A stretch of 64,000 nucleotides of DNA from Anthoceros angustus. Taxonomy: Eukaryota > Plantae > Anthocerotophyta. Location: the NCBI GenBank assembly GCA_010909165.1, contig VJWM01000144.1, forward strand, positions 124,001 through 188,000, written 5' to 3'. Under the pieces are notes generated by a model. It had not been told where the DNA came from, ran no database searches, and saw only the letters and a list, made by a program, of their open reading frames with translations. The position numbers and the translations under genes are program-made. This document shows, piece by piece, positions 1-12,352 of this stretch (its first letter is position 1; every line of letters starts with the position of its first letter).

Positions 1-2266
1 AGCGATCACTATGGGAAAGCTGATGAGCAAGGCAGACTATGCACTGACGAACTTTGCAACGCAGGAGGAAGTGGCTGACATCCCTGTTGAGGTTGATGGT
101 GTGGTCTTTCATCTTAGTGACACTGACTTGGAACTGTACCCTTACGAGGAGACCCAAGTGATGGGTAAGATTGTTCAGACTCTGAATGATCATTTCCAAG
201 GTGTAGAGAAGCGGACTGGTGTGGATGATGAGAGCTGGCACACTTCCTTCGAGAAATTTCTCATGGCATTGGCTGATAGACGGAGGAGCAGAATTCTGGA
301 ATGGCTCAGGTGCAACACAACAGATTTTCCGGAGGATGGTGACGTTCAGAAGCTTCGTTTGGAAGCTATTGCCACGCTGGCAGAAGTGAAGCAGAGCCTG
401 TCCCTGTGTAGCTGCAAGTGCGAGAAGTGTTTCCTGAGATGCGTTCTTGAGAAAGGTCATCCAGGCCTGCACACGTGCAGGGGGAAGCATTACTGCTCGG
501 ACGTTTGTACGTTTTGCTCTGAGGAGCAATTGACGAGCTTGCTGTCTAGTGCGTGTGGCCATCTCTCGGGACATGAAGGTCCACACGACTGTAAGTGCAG
601 AAGTCACACTTGTGCAAAGGATTGTTCTCTTCTCAAATCATCCAACTGCAACCGGACCTGTGCTATGAAGCCTGGACATGCTGGAGAGCACAGATGCAAC
701 ACGAAGCAGCACGTGTGTGCAGAGAAGTGTTCTCTATCGGAGTGTAACAACCTCTGCACTTTCAGTGTTGATTGTGGAGAACACGATGAACATGTTTGTC
801 ATGAAAGGATGTGTCCCATGACGTGCATCGTGGACGGATGCAACAGGAAGTGCATATTCGAGGACCACTTTCATTCTCTTACCTCTGCTGGGCATTTCTG
901 GTAACGAACACACTTGCAAGGCGCAGTGTGAGGATGATGGAATATGCGAGATTCTGACAGAGGTGGTGAAGAAGTCCAAGGTTTTGTAGGGAAGCGATCT
1001 TCTTTTGAATACGAGCATGTGTCGGAGCAGGATGGGATCAGGAAAGGTTGCTGTATCCTGATTCCACCCTGGGAGGCTAAACACGAGGGCCGGCACTGCC
1101 ACACTGTCAACCCCAATGCAGTACACTTTTGCACCACAAGATGTCCTGCTTGTGCATACTTCTGCAATCTTCCCATTGGGCATCTGGGCTTACATGACAC
1201 CACACACGGAAACATGAGAGACGTCAATTTCGTGGCAGAGTCAGAGGACATCGACCTTGTGGACAGGAAATATGCTTGGGGAGAATCCGGTGTGGCCGAG
1301 ATGTGCGTTGTACATTGTAAAACCCAGCGGCACATCCACTTGGTCAGGTCTGGTGCCCATGGTGGAAGCAAGGAGGGCAAGGCATCAGACTGGACGGCAT
1401 GGGCCTGAGACGACTGTCCCCAAAGATGAAATGAGCCACACAGCTTACTGGAGGCACTTGAGGTTCAAGGATCCCTGCGCGGGACCAGAGGCAGGTCGAG
1501 ATGTGTCGCTCGGAAGATCATGCATCTGCAACCGCGGCATCGCGACAGCGATCCTACTGCACTGAGAAGTTGTGGCACAAACCTGTCAGGAGTACAGGAT
1601 CTACAACTATGGAAGGGTATGCGACGGAGAACGGCCATGCCGTGGCTGCAACAAGATGAAAATGCTCCATGCCACCTAGTGTTCGTCATCGACAGGTCCT
1701 ACTCTATGGGCTCTAGATGTGAAGCCAACACTGGCAAGATTTGCAGCCCTCAACAACCGGCTGGGCTGCGTGTACGAAGCCGTCACCCGATTCATCCGGA
1801 CTCGGATTGCAGATGGTCAGCTAGATGTGGTATCCATAGTCCTCTTCCGCCAGCCAAGCCATCATCGCCGTGGAGAGACAGCCCATTTCTGAGAACCTTC
1901 TAGATGGTCTCCCGCAACACTCCAAGATCCGTGGAGGCGCCATCTACTCATGCGGCCTGGATCTGGTACAGCAGATTCTACAGCGAGCTTCTGCGGATGC
2001 CTCGATCCTAGGCAAGCAGCCTGCTGTCATCTTCCTGAGTGGCGGCGCAAATTGCGGTGTCACGGATCCGGTGGCCATGGTGAAGAAGATGAAAGACCGC
2101 GACAACAATCTCGTCTTCCACACGATCTTCCGTGCAGACAATAAGGACGAGGAGACATTGCAGAGGATGGCAGCCTCCGGCGCGGGAAGTACCAGGTCTG
2201 CATCCACGGAGTGCAGCTAACAAGGAGCTTTGAAGGTTTAGCCAAGAGTTTGAGGACATGAGGTAG
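1..2266 (+). pseudogene. Giant GTPase-ZnF-vWA gene, copy 0 (3' part only; 5' end lies outside the window); vWA end degenerate
   Basis: ORFs 11-904, 944-1408, 1520-1903 and 1870-2220 are collinear with copy 1 from about 9519 onward. Near-identical up to about 1300, then divergent. MIDAS motifs are altered (DRSYS, LSGG) and there are many frame breaks, some of which may be sequencing error. Confidence 0.7.
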
Positions 2267-2273
2267 TCTTGAG

Positions 2274-2790
2274 CCATGTGCGGGCCTTCAAGAGGGCCTT
2301 CAAGAGCAAGTTGCAAGATTCTAAATTTTTCCAGTTGCAAGATCTTTCCACAGAGCATTCTGCAATTCATGTCTCGTGCAGAGACGTCTGTAAATGTTCT
2401 TCAAGCTTGTGGTGCAATCTCTCAGGATGGAGATCTTACAGTTGGGCAAAAGTCAGTGGTCTTGGGGCATGCGGAATGCTTGCAGACAAGGGGATAGAAG
2501 AAGAAGAAGAATTTTATTTTAGTCCGCTAAGGACGGATTTCCGTCATAGGACTTGGTACTTAACAACTTGTACCATGGTGTGCCTAAGCTACTTAGGCCA
2601 AGGGCATTCACTCCCTTTAGGAACCCCATCTAAGTACCGATCTAAGATAATCATGACGTCCTTATAAATGTGTGTCCATTTGGCCTAAGCCATTTGGATA
2701 GGTGCATCCATAAACGGGAGTCACGTCAAGATCCAGTCACTAAATGGAGGGGAAGGAGATTCATGCATGCGCTGGCTACTCAGTGGTCCC
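2274..2790 (+). pseudogene. Internally deleted PPR gene remnant
   Basis: CKIFPQSILQFMS and LQACGAISQDGDLTV match the PPR gene at 56529-58173 (CKIFPQRMLQFMS; CAAGCTTGTGGTGCAATCTCT near 57680). 2705-2790 matches about 58065-58140. Confidence 0.75.
2496..2702 (-). mobile_element. About 200-bp dispersed repeat with (TTC)n tail (SINE-like or truncated LINE end), copy a
   Basis: Reverse complement of 12183-12352 and 54166-54373; (GAA)n run at 2496-2511; inserted in the PPR remnant. Confidence 0.7.
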
Positions 2791-3753
2791 TAGGGACTGG
2801 ACGATGCAAATGCAAAGTATGACTTCCCAGCAGCCAGTCAGGAGTTAGGGAGAATGCAACAGGCAGCCATCAATCTCCACATACTTAGATGAAACAGTTA
2901 AGCCTCTCGAAATGTCAAGTCAGATCTTGCTAGCCGAGGTGTTTGAAGCAGCAAGCTACAGAATATCTGGAAGCTGTGATTTTTACAGTCTTACCACGAC
3001 CTCCTACTCAGAACGGTCACAGCCTAGGAAACGCAAGCTAAACCGAAACACACCTGGTCTAACACGCGGTTTTTAAATATAAGCATTAATCCCGGATGAC
3101 AGGGGGATGACACAGGATAGATATCCCGGCCGATCCGCTTTTGAATTTTTATGGGCACGTGATGTATCTAACAAATCCGGGTAAACGGAGCGACATATCC
3201 TCATCCTCCGCTATCCATAATCTTAATTTTGCCGTAAATGGGTAAATGTCTTCTCCCTTCCAAGGATGTCATCCAAAACATGAGTTCCCATCCACATACA
3301 ATGTCCCAAGCACATAGAGGACCAGGATCTTTCTTTTATTTCTTCCTCCTCCATTCATTCATCACTGATGCTTCTTCCTCTGTTCATTCATCTTCGTTGT
3401 TGACGCTGGAATTTTTACTTGTCTAATCTTTGGCATAAGCACCAAATCCGTAGTATGAAGCACCAAATCCATGCTATGAGAACGAACACGGCATGGCGCA
3501 TCTTTTCGAATCTCTAAACTCAATGTTCTGTCTCTTCATGGTAAGACAGTGCCGTTTTTCCTTCATCAAAACCCACTTCCAGCAAACTTCGCTCAAGACC
3601 TCGTTAAATACACAAAGTCCAAACGCTCACAAATCGACATCAACTCCAAACGAGTCGTTTCCAGCGTTCTGGGGTTAAAAGGCTGGGAAGCGAGGGCGAT
3701 GGAGTCCTTTGTAGTGGTTAGCAACTGCATCTGGATGGGAGACGTTTGTACAA

Positions 3754-3830
3754 GGTAGGCAACGGCAATCGCGGAGTAGCTTATCTCCATCTCCCGCCGC
3801 CAGCAATTGATGACCCGCCCAAATTAATTA
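3754..3830 (+). promoter_or_regulatory. Conserved upstream block of the GTPase gene (copy 1)
   Basis: AAGGTAGGCAACGGCAATCGCGGAGTAGCT...CCCGCCGCCAGCAATTGATGACCCGCCC recurs at about 13523-13597 and 43672-43817 upstream of copies 2 and 3. Regulatory role is inferred only. Confidence 0.5.
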
Positions 3831-4603
3831 TACAGAGATAAACGCGATGCCCCAATGCCCCACCCCAGGCCGTCGTGGGCATCGCGCATGGCTCTGAGAA
3901 TGGATGGGGCGGCATGTGTGCACAGAGATTTGGGCATGGAGACCTCGAAGCATGTGCATGGCGTTCCGTCGCTGATGGGCATGGGGCGGAAACCGGAAAC
4001 CGGGAACCGGGGGTGCTGGTGGTCTGTTCGGCCGTTCGGCCTCGGGAGTAGAGCGCAGCCTTCGCAATGATGGTCATTATGGGGCGACTTAGGCAGCATC
4101 AATGGCGGAGTCGGTCATCCCGGCCGCCGATAATAACTGATGACCCGCCGGAACTCGTCGCTCTATGAAACGCGAATCGGCGAGCGTGTTTTCAGGATCT
4201 CTTCTGAGTCGACTTCCACTCTCATCTTCCCGCGAAGTGCGAGAGGCGAGATTTTGCGTCTAGCAGGAAGCCTTGGTGTGCGCCTCCTTTCTGTGCGCGC
4301 TGCCGGGCGAGTTCTCGCTTCTGGTATGAACTTCCTTCCCTTCCTGCTTCGATTCGATTGAGCCTGTCCCAAAACACAAGGAGCTTGTGCTTGCTTTGCT
4401 TGCTCGCGTTTCTCGAGTTCTTAGGAGCGGAATCTGCAGTCGTCTGTCGGCGTCTGGAGCTTTTCAAGTTTCAAGCTTGTCAGGTCAGGTATGTCTGTGT
4501 CCGAGATGACTGGTAAGTCCCATGTCTGCGGTTTGGAATGCATCCAATTGAACGTCCTTTGAAGCGTGTGCTTGCTCGGGGGAGCGCAGGTCGCTGAAGG
4601 AGC

Positions 4604-7600
4604 ATGGGAGGAGGTCCAGAACTGTTGGAGGGAGCGTCGGAATTGAGCGGCGATGAGGTTTTGACCCCCGCGTGGCCTGATACCGAAAGCGGTGTAGCTC
4701 ACTCAGGGGAGTTCATATCAGTAAGGAGCAGTGGGGATGCGGCAATGGCGCTCCCTCTAATTTGTGTTGCATCCTCGCCTGTGAGCCAGCGGGTTGAAAC
4801 AATTGATTCCCTCGTTTTGCGAGGGGAAGACGGGGAGGTTGATGTAGCCGACGCTGGTGAGTGCGGTTCTCCTCCTGTTGTTGTTCCTCACCCTGTCTTG
4901 GAGGTTGAGGCCGTTGGAGCTGAAACTGCATCCCTGGTGGGGTTGGAAGATGACCGGGAGAAGGTTGAGAGAGTTTCCGTTCCCCGAATGTGAGGCCGGG
5001 GTTGCGAAGGTGTTACCTGATGCTAGCAGCGATGCAAGTGTTGAGGCCGACTCTGCACAGGCTCATGCACCTGAGGGATGATAAGCTGGATCAGAGCTGT
5101 GGAGAAGGTCGTCTTACCCAGACGAGATTGTGAAGTTCTGCAATGAGGTCAGACTGAAGTCAGCAGCGTGTCGTGATGGAAAGACGGTGCTGGATTTCAA
5201 TGCGTTGAACAACGAATCTGTACACGCTGTGGGATCAGGCGGGAGCAAGAAAATTCGCCTGAATTTTCTCGGAGCTTGGGTTGCAGACTGTGGTGTCCTC
5301 GATGCTTGGCCTCTTGATGTAGGGATTTATGGCTTTCTTCATCAGGGAGTATTGTTCATCTTCTATTGGCATGAGGGTGAGCGAATGCTTGAGGCCTCCA
5401 GGAAGGATGTGTCTTGCAACTTCATTCGTTATGTGGCGGACTTGTGTGCCACTGTTTACATCTGCCTGGACGATGAAAATGACGTGGATTTGTCTCTCAT
5501 GACCTCGGGGCACTCTACTGCTGCCTCTATAAAGCAGCGTACGCGGAGGCTGCAGATAGCTAAGGTCAGGCAGTCAGAGAACGATTTGAAGCTGCGGAAA
5601 GGCTTTCACAACTGTTCTTCTATCCTCACAGGGAAGAAGCCAGGCAATGTCGAGACATCTTCCTGCTCGGAGCGTGGTCTCAGACTTGCGGGCGGTCTTC
5701 ACCGTTGCGTTTTTCTTACTTCATCACGTGTCCCTCCTAAGAAAGTTTTGAATCCACATCAGAAGACTGTGGAGATTCGAAACTTTGCAAAGCTTGTTGA
5801 GGAATGGTGCTTCCGCTAATCTTGACTTCATTCAACTACCTCACCGTGACTTTTGCCTGTTTCTAGAGCATGCTGGTCTTGAAGGAGCAGAGACTATCGC
5901 GCGCTGAAGGATTCCTTCGAAGTACGAAGAAAATCTCTAAAGGAAAAGTTTTACAACTTAGAGGAGCGCTTGCAGGATGAAGAAAAGAAGATTTTGAATA
6001 TTCTAAACGGAGTTCAAAATGCGTACTTGAAGCTTTACCATCCATGGGCTGAGAGCCTTGTTGCGACCTCTGAGGTTGACTCGTCCGGTGGAGCCTCCTC
6101 ACCCGTGCAGAGTGCGTTCGAACCCAACGATGTGCTTCAGGCAGAAGCTGCCCTGGTTAACATCTGGACAGGTGACTGTGCGGTTCAAGCAGGAGAAAAG
6201 TCTGAATCTTTCATTTTTGTTGGCACACAATTCCGAATGATCATGGCCGACGGGACCTCATGGCGCACTGAGAGCTATGACACTGACGAGTTCATCGTGG
6301 TTAGCTTTTCCTCAGCACGGTCTTCAAGATCGGCAGGGCCTATCCTTTATGGGGAGGAATTTGTGGCCATAGCCAGAGGCGTTGTAGCAGAGAACCAGAT
6401 TAAGCTTACGTGCAAGGCTCTGAATGAGAATTTTCCGGAAGGTCCTGTGTTAACGTCTCGATATATGAGCGTCACCATCCAGCATGTCAGTATCCAAAAT
6501 CGAAGTATTAAGAAAGTGGCCCAATTGATGCTTAGTACAGGAGGACCATCAGGCGAAGGGATGCTTGCATGGATGGAGTCATATGGCAAGCCTGTTGTCC
6601 ACCCTATCCAAGAAAGCATCGATACTCTGGTCTCTGCAGTTGAAAATTCTTCGATCAACAGTGACACCATCGTTGCTCGAGTTTTACAAGCTGCACACGA
6701 GGTCTTGAAGTCGTCTGAGCTTCTCATCCAATTTAAGAAGCGATATTCAAAGCAAGTTATGGCGCAATTGTTGAAGGAAAATGAAGTGAACATGGACTCC
6801 AAAAGCCCCACCCAGGAGGCGGAAAACGCGTTCAACCTCGTTGCCCCTGAGGAGAGGGAACTACTCCTGCAACTGGTGCGGAAGGTTTATGTTGAAGCCC
6901 GTGTTGAATTTTCGCGCGCAGTACAGACAATGGTGAAGAAGGAACTATGCCCCATGTTGATGAAGAAGATGGAGTTTGAAGCAAAGCATAATACCACTTT
7001 CCTAGAGCAGTCCTTTCGAAAGGAGGAAAGGGAATTTGTGACTAGCTTGCAGCAGCAGCTGTCCAGAGGGACACTTCGAGAGCGTCGTCTGTCTGTCCGA
7101 AGTTGTATCTTTCAGCGTGGTGTGAAAGAGACCTTCCAACCTAAAGCTTTACTTAAAACTATCGGTTTGCTTCGCAGCTCAGAAGGTAAAAGCTGTGACA
7201 AGCTGGAGGTTCATTTTTTGTTGGAAGAACCAGACAGTGAGCGGCTCGCGTGGACCATAGCTGAGCTTACACCGATGAAGAAAGATTTGGACGCTTTCAT
7301 GTGCGACTCCGGGCACCTCATCATCCCAAAATGTTCGGAAAACCACAGGTTGATTGAGGTCGACCCAAACTTACAGAGGCTATTTCAAGTAGTTGCGGTG
7401 AAATCTGGTGAAGTTTTAGTGTTCGTGGAGCATCTTGAAGAGCCAGCAGTTCATCTCTACGTGCTCTCGAGGTTGGGTGTAGAGATACAAGGCATGAATT
7501 CCGTCAAGAGATTCAAAAGAGGTTACGACCTTATGGCTGTGGACGAAGTCTCGAAATTTGTTGGCCTCTATGATAGGAAAATGGAAAAAATCGAGATCCT

Positions 7601-10600
7601 GCGCCTTGACGAATCCTTCCGCCATACGGAGTGGTCTGGAGTTACCCTGCAACTGTCCGAGTACTGCGGAATTCAACCCTTAACTTCAATCTGCTTTGTC
7701 CCTGGCAGGAAAGAAATGGTTGTAGTCGACGAAGAATCCAAAGTTCGGGTCTTCGAGATCAGTCAACCTGCGATGCTGCGACCAGGGCATATGCAGTTAC
7801 CTGGTCGTGCCCATAAGATTTGTGTGTCTACAGATGGATCTTGTTTAATGGCTTTCTACAAGGCTCTTCCAGACGGACCTTCGGAAGCAGCAGAGGGGAT
7901 GACGGAGAGTAGTGACGAGAGCGAAGATACAGAGCCTGAAATGGACGAGTCTGCTGAAGGCTCTTTGAAGATTGAGGTCTACATGCTTGGCGAATCAATA
8001 TGTCATCTCAAGACACTCTTCCTTGGCTACGCAGTAGCAGACGTAAGAAGCATTGATGCAGCTGTAGTGGCCTTCGGATCACAGGTCCATCTCGTACTTC
8101 TGGATTCTTCCAGGCCGGAGAAAGGAATATGGTCAAACGTCATCGAGATCACATCGGCTTCCGAAGTCTGCCAGCTGCAACACATGTACAGAGGTCAGCA
8201 AACTGGTATTTGCTCTGCAAGCACTCTAAAAAGTAGGCATGGCTGTCCGGCTTTGGATTATGTTTACCAGATGTTTGAGAAGTATGCGACGAGTCCCCCT
8301 TTGATCCAAAAGACCAGGTATCTCCATCTCCATCTGGTGTTCGCTGGCGAATCCAAGGAGAAACTGGAGGCTTTGAAGGACAGCTCTGTGAGTTACGTGA
8401 AAGGTTCCATGGACAAACTGGCACGAGATAAAGGAAAAGATTTCTCGCAGCTAAAGTTAGCTGTTTCCGCAGGCACGGTGGATAGCTACATCGTCCATAA
8501 TTTTCTTGTGCAGAGCACGGAAGACAGGAACAGTGCGGATCTCGGGGATTGGGTGCGGCTACTGGTTTGCCTTGTGCCCATTCAAATAGCCCGAGCTGAA
8601 AACAATACCTTGCGGCCTTTGGTGAACGGTCTGCAGAATCCCAGCCTTACTTATGCAGATGCTGTGGGGCTTGCTGAGGCTCTACGATTTGGTTTCTATG
8701 ACTCCGTATTAGCCCACTGGTCTGGGAATATCAAAGTGATATCGTCCATGGGAAAGCAAAGCAGTGGAAAGTCCTACCTGCTCAACCATTTGGCCGGCTC
8801 GTTACTCGATGTGGCTGCAGGCAGATGCACGGACGGAGTATGGATGACTATGCGGGCATCGGAAAGCTGCTTATATGTCCTTCTGGACTTCGAGGGCCTG
8901 GGAAGCTTTGAGAGAAGCGAGCAGGAGGATATGCTCCTCTCTATTCTGAATGCAGCTGTAAGCAACACCATATTCAACAAAACGGTAAGACATCCAATCT
9001 GACCTTGTGGATTGGTCATTATGATGCGTGGTGCCGTAACACATAGGGCTGACCCCATGATGTGGACAGGATTTTCATCTGGACAAGGAAACAGAAGCCG
9101 TGTTTGAACGCTTTCAGAATGGCGTCAGCTTGGTAAAGCAGGACAGCCGGCTCTTTAAGGGCCTCTTTTACATGGCCATCAAAGACGTGGATACATCAGA
9201 CGTGGATGACTTGAAAGAGGAGTTCTCAGCGAAAATACAGCAAATATGTAACAAATCGCCAGACAACTTTCTCACAAAGATGTACGGCGGGGCGGTTGAG
9301 ATAGCAGCAATGCCACCCTTCCAAAGGTCGGAATATCACGAGAGCGTTGCTGAGGTAGCTGCAACTGTGGAGGAATTGGAATCGGTCCACCATAATGGGA
9401 ATAGTCTCGCAGTAGACCTGAAGCTGGTAATAGCTCAGATCACCGCCAAGGATTGGTCTCCAATCGACTCGAAGCGCTTAGCTTTGAAACTGGAACTCCT
9501 GAAAAGACACATGAATGCAGCGATCACTATGGGAAAGCTGATGAGCAAGGCAGACTATGCACTGACGAACTTTGCAACGCAGGAGGAAGTGGCTGACATC
9601 CCTGTTGAGGTTGATGGTGTGGTCTTCCATCTTAGTGACACTGACTTGGAACTGTACCCTTACAAGGAGACTGAAGTGATGGGTAACATTCTTCAAACTC
9701 TGAATGATCATTTCCAAGGTGTAGAGAAGCGGACTGGTGTGGATGATGAGAGCTGGCACACTTCCTTCGAGAAATTTCTCATGGCATTGGCTGATAGACG
9801 GAGGAACAGAATTCTGGAATGGCTCAGGTGCAACACAACAGATTTTCCGGAGGATGGTGACGTTCAGAAGCTTCGTTTGGAAGCTATTGCCACGCTGGCA
9901 GAAGTGAAGCAGAGCCTGTCCCTGTGTAGCTGCAAGTGCGAGAAGTGTTTCCTGAGATGCGTTCTTGAGAAAGGTCATCCAGGCCTGCACACGTGCAGGG
10001 GGACACATTACTGCTCGAAGGTTTGTACTTTTTGCTTGGAGGAGCAATCAGCAGGTTTGCAGCCTAATGAGTGTGGCGATCTCTCGGGACATGAAGGTCC
10101 ACACGACTGTAAGAGGCAGAGGCACACATGTGTCATGGATTGTTCTCTTCTCAAATCATCCAACTGCAACCGGACCTGTGCTATGAAGCCTGGACATGCT
10201 GGAGAGCACAGATGCAACACGAAGCAGCACGTGTGTGCAGAGAAGTGTTCTCTATCGGAGTGTAACAACCTCTGCACTTTCAGTGTTGATTGTGGAGAAC
10301 ACGATGAACATGTTTGTCATGAAAGGATGTGTCCCATGACGTGCATCGTGGACGGATGCAACAGGAAGTGTGGGTTCGAGGACCACTTTCATTCTCTTAC
10401 CTCTGCTGGGCATTTCTGCGGTAACGAACACACTTGCAAGGCGCAGTGTGAGGATGATGGAATATGCGAGATTCTGACAGAGGTGGTGAAGAAGTCCAAG
10501 GTTTTTGTAGGGAAGCGATCTTCTTTTGAATACGAGCATGTGTCGGAGCAGGATGGGATCAGGAAAGGTTGCTGTATCCCGATTCCACCCTGGGAGGCTA

Positions 10601-11871
10601 AACACGAGGGCCGGCACTGCCACACTGTCAACCCCAATGCAGTACACTTTTGCACCACAAGATGTCCCGCTTGTGCATACTTCTGCAATCTTCCCATTGG
10701 GCATCTGGGCTTACATGACACCACACACGGAAACATGAGAGACGTCAATTTCGTGGCAGAGTCAGAGGACATCGACCTTGTGGACAGGAAATATGCTTGG
10801 GGAGAATCCGGTGTGGCCGAGATGTGCATGATGCACTGCAAAATCCAAGGCCGCGGGCACATCCACTTGGTCAGGTGCCGTGCCCATGGTGGAAGCATGG
10901 GTCCGTCCAAAGGTTTCTGTAAGGAAGGAATTCATGAGGGAACAAGGCATCAGACCCGAAAGTACGGGCCTGACAACGCTGTCCCCAAAGATGAAATGAG
11001 CCACACAGCTTACTGGAGGCACTTGAGGTTCAAGGATCCCTGCCGAGAAGACGATCAGAAGGAGTTTGAGATGTGCAACCACTACTGCCGCTCGGAAGAT
11101 CATGCTTCCGCAACCGCAACCTCGCAACAGCGATCCTACTGCACTGAGAAGTTGTGGCACAAACCTGTGAGCAGGACAGGAACGACTTCCAGCGCAGGGT
11201 ATGTGACGGAGGACGGTCATGCGTTCGGCTGCAATCACATGAAGAATGCTTCAAGCCATGTGATGTTCGTCATCGACAGGTCAGGCTCCATGGGTTCGTC
11301 AGACGTGAGGCCAACACTGGCTAAGTTTGCAGGCTCCTCCAACAACCGCCTGGGATGCGTGTACGAAGCCGTCACCCGCTTCATCCGGACCCGGGTTGCA
11401 GGAGGGCAGTCGGATGTGGTGTCCATTGTCCTCTTCGACCACCTGGCCACCATAGCAGTGGAGAGGCAGCCCATCTCGGAGAGACTTGTAGACAATCTCC
11501 TCCACCACTACAGAGTCGGTGGAGGCACCGTCTACTCAGCCGGCCTGGATCTGGTTCAGCAAATTCTGCATCGAGCTGCACTGGATGCGTCTATGCAAGC
11601 CAAGCACCCTGCAGTCGTCTTCTTGAGTGATGGTGGGAATGGGGGTGGTACTGAGCCGGTTACCATGGTGAAGAACATGAAGGACGTCGACCACAAGCTT
11701 GTCTTCCACACCATCCTCTTCGGAGCAGACCATTCCCAGGAGCAGAGATTGAAAAGGATGGCATCCGCAGGCGGGGGGACGTACCAGGTCAGCATCGACG
11801 AAGTGCAGCTCGCAAGGACCTTTGAAGGTTTAGCCAAGAGTCTGAGGCCGAAGGTTGCTTCCCTCATGTAA
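4604..11871 (+). CDS. Giant VLIG/GBP-superfamily GTPase with beta-propeller-like region, Cys/His zinc-finger-like repeats and C-terminal vWA; copy 1 (most intact, about 2,400 aa)
   Basis: ATGGGAGGAGGTCC start shared with copies 2 and 3. ORFs 5970-9002 and 9100-11871 join in frame through the intron 8985-9069. G1 GKQSSGKS at 8751-8774, RCTDGVWM, DFEGLG, IKD; Cys/His repeats about 9925-10740; vWA DRSGS...GGT...LSDG about 11250-11860. A few frame breaks at 4990-5900. Confidence 0.88.
8985..9069 (+). other. 85-nt phase-0 GT-AG intron inside the GTPase domain (copy 1)
   Basis: ACG|GTAAGA ... GCTGAC ... CAG|GAT. Splicing gives NTIFNKT-DFHLDKETEAVFERFQ, in frame with the ORF starting at 9100. Confidence 0.85.
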
Positions 11872-12182
11872 TAGACTTGGTTTTGCAAGACATCATCCGA
11901 AAGCCTTCTCAGCTTCTGTACCTCATGCGAGCTACTCAGAATGAACGATGCCAAAATCTCCAAAACAGCGAGTCTCAACGCCTGGGAACTTACTTACCCT
12001 CTTGTACTTTTCAGCAAAGAAGCCTCCCGCTGTTGGTCACGGCGGGTAGAATACCTGCGACCAGGGTCCTTCGGATTGGACTCAAGCACCAAGATGTGGG
12101 CCCGTCCACACCGGGTGACACATACAAGACTTGGAGACTACAAAGATTGATGCCAAGGATTAGTGGGAACTTGGTTAAGCCC

Positions 12183-12352
12183 ACTTGTCCAACTGGCTTA
12201 GGCCAAATGAACACACATTTAGCATCCTGAGTTTATATTGGTACTTAGATGACCTTTGTGCGAGTAGCTTAGGCACACCATGGTACAAGTTGTTAAGTAC
12301 CAAGACGGAATTTGTCTTTAGTAGACTTAAATAAAATTCTTCTTCTTCTTCT
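12183..12352 (+). mobile_element. (TTC)n-tailed dispersed repeat, copy b
   Basis: Absent from the paralogous flank near 22038 (AAGCCC|ATACCGCC); ends in AATAAAATTCTTCTTCTTCTTCT. Confidence 0.75.

Noticed and set aside
4604-11871. Prokaryotic defence operon (GTPase plus vWA)
   Set aside because: The spliceosomal intron, PLS-class PPR and Copia elements show a plant nuclear locus; the apparent multi-ORF operon is one gene broken by an intron and frame errors.
6347-11978. Long antisense ORFs over the GTPase gene (for example 6347-6835, 9478-10047, 11556-11978) and their equivalents in other copies
   Set aside because: Shadow ORFs of a long coding sequence; no recognisable motifs, and their ends vary between paralogs.
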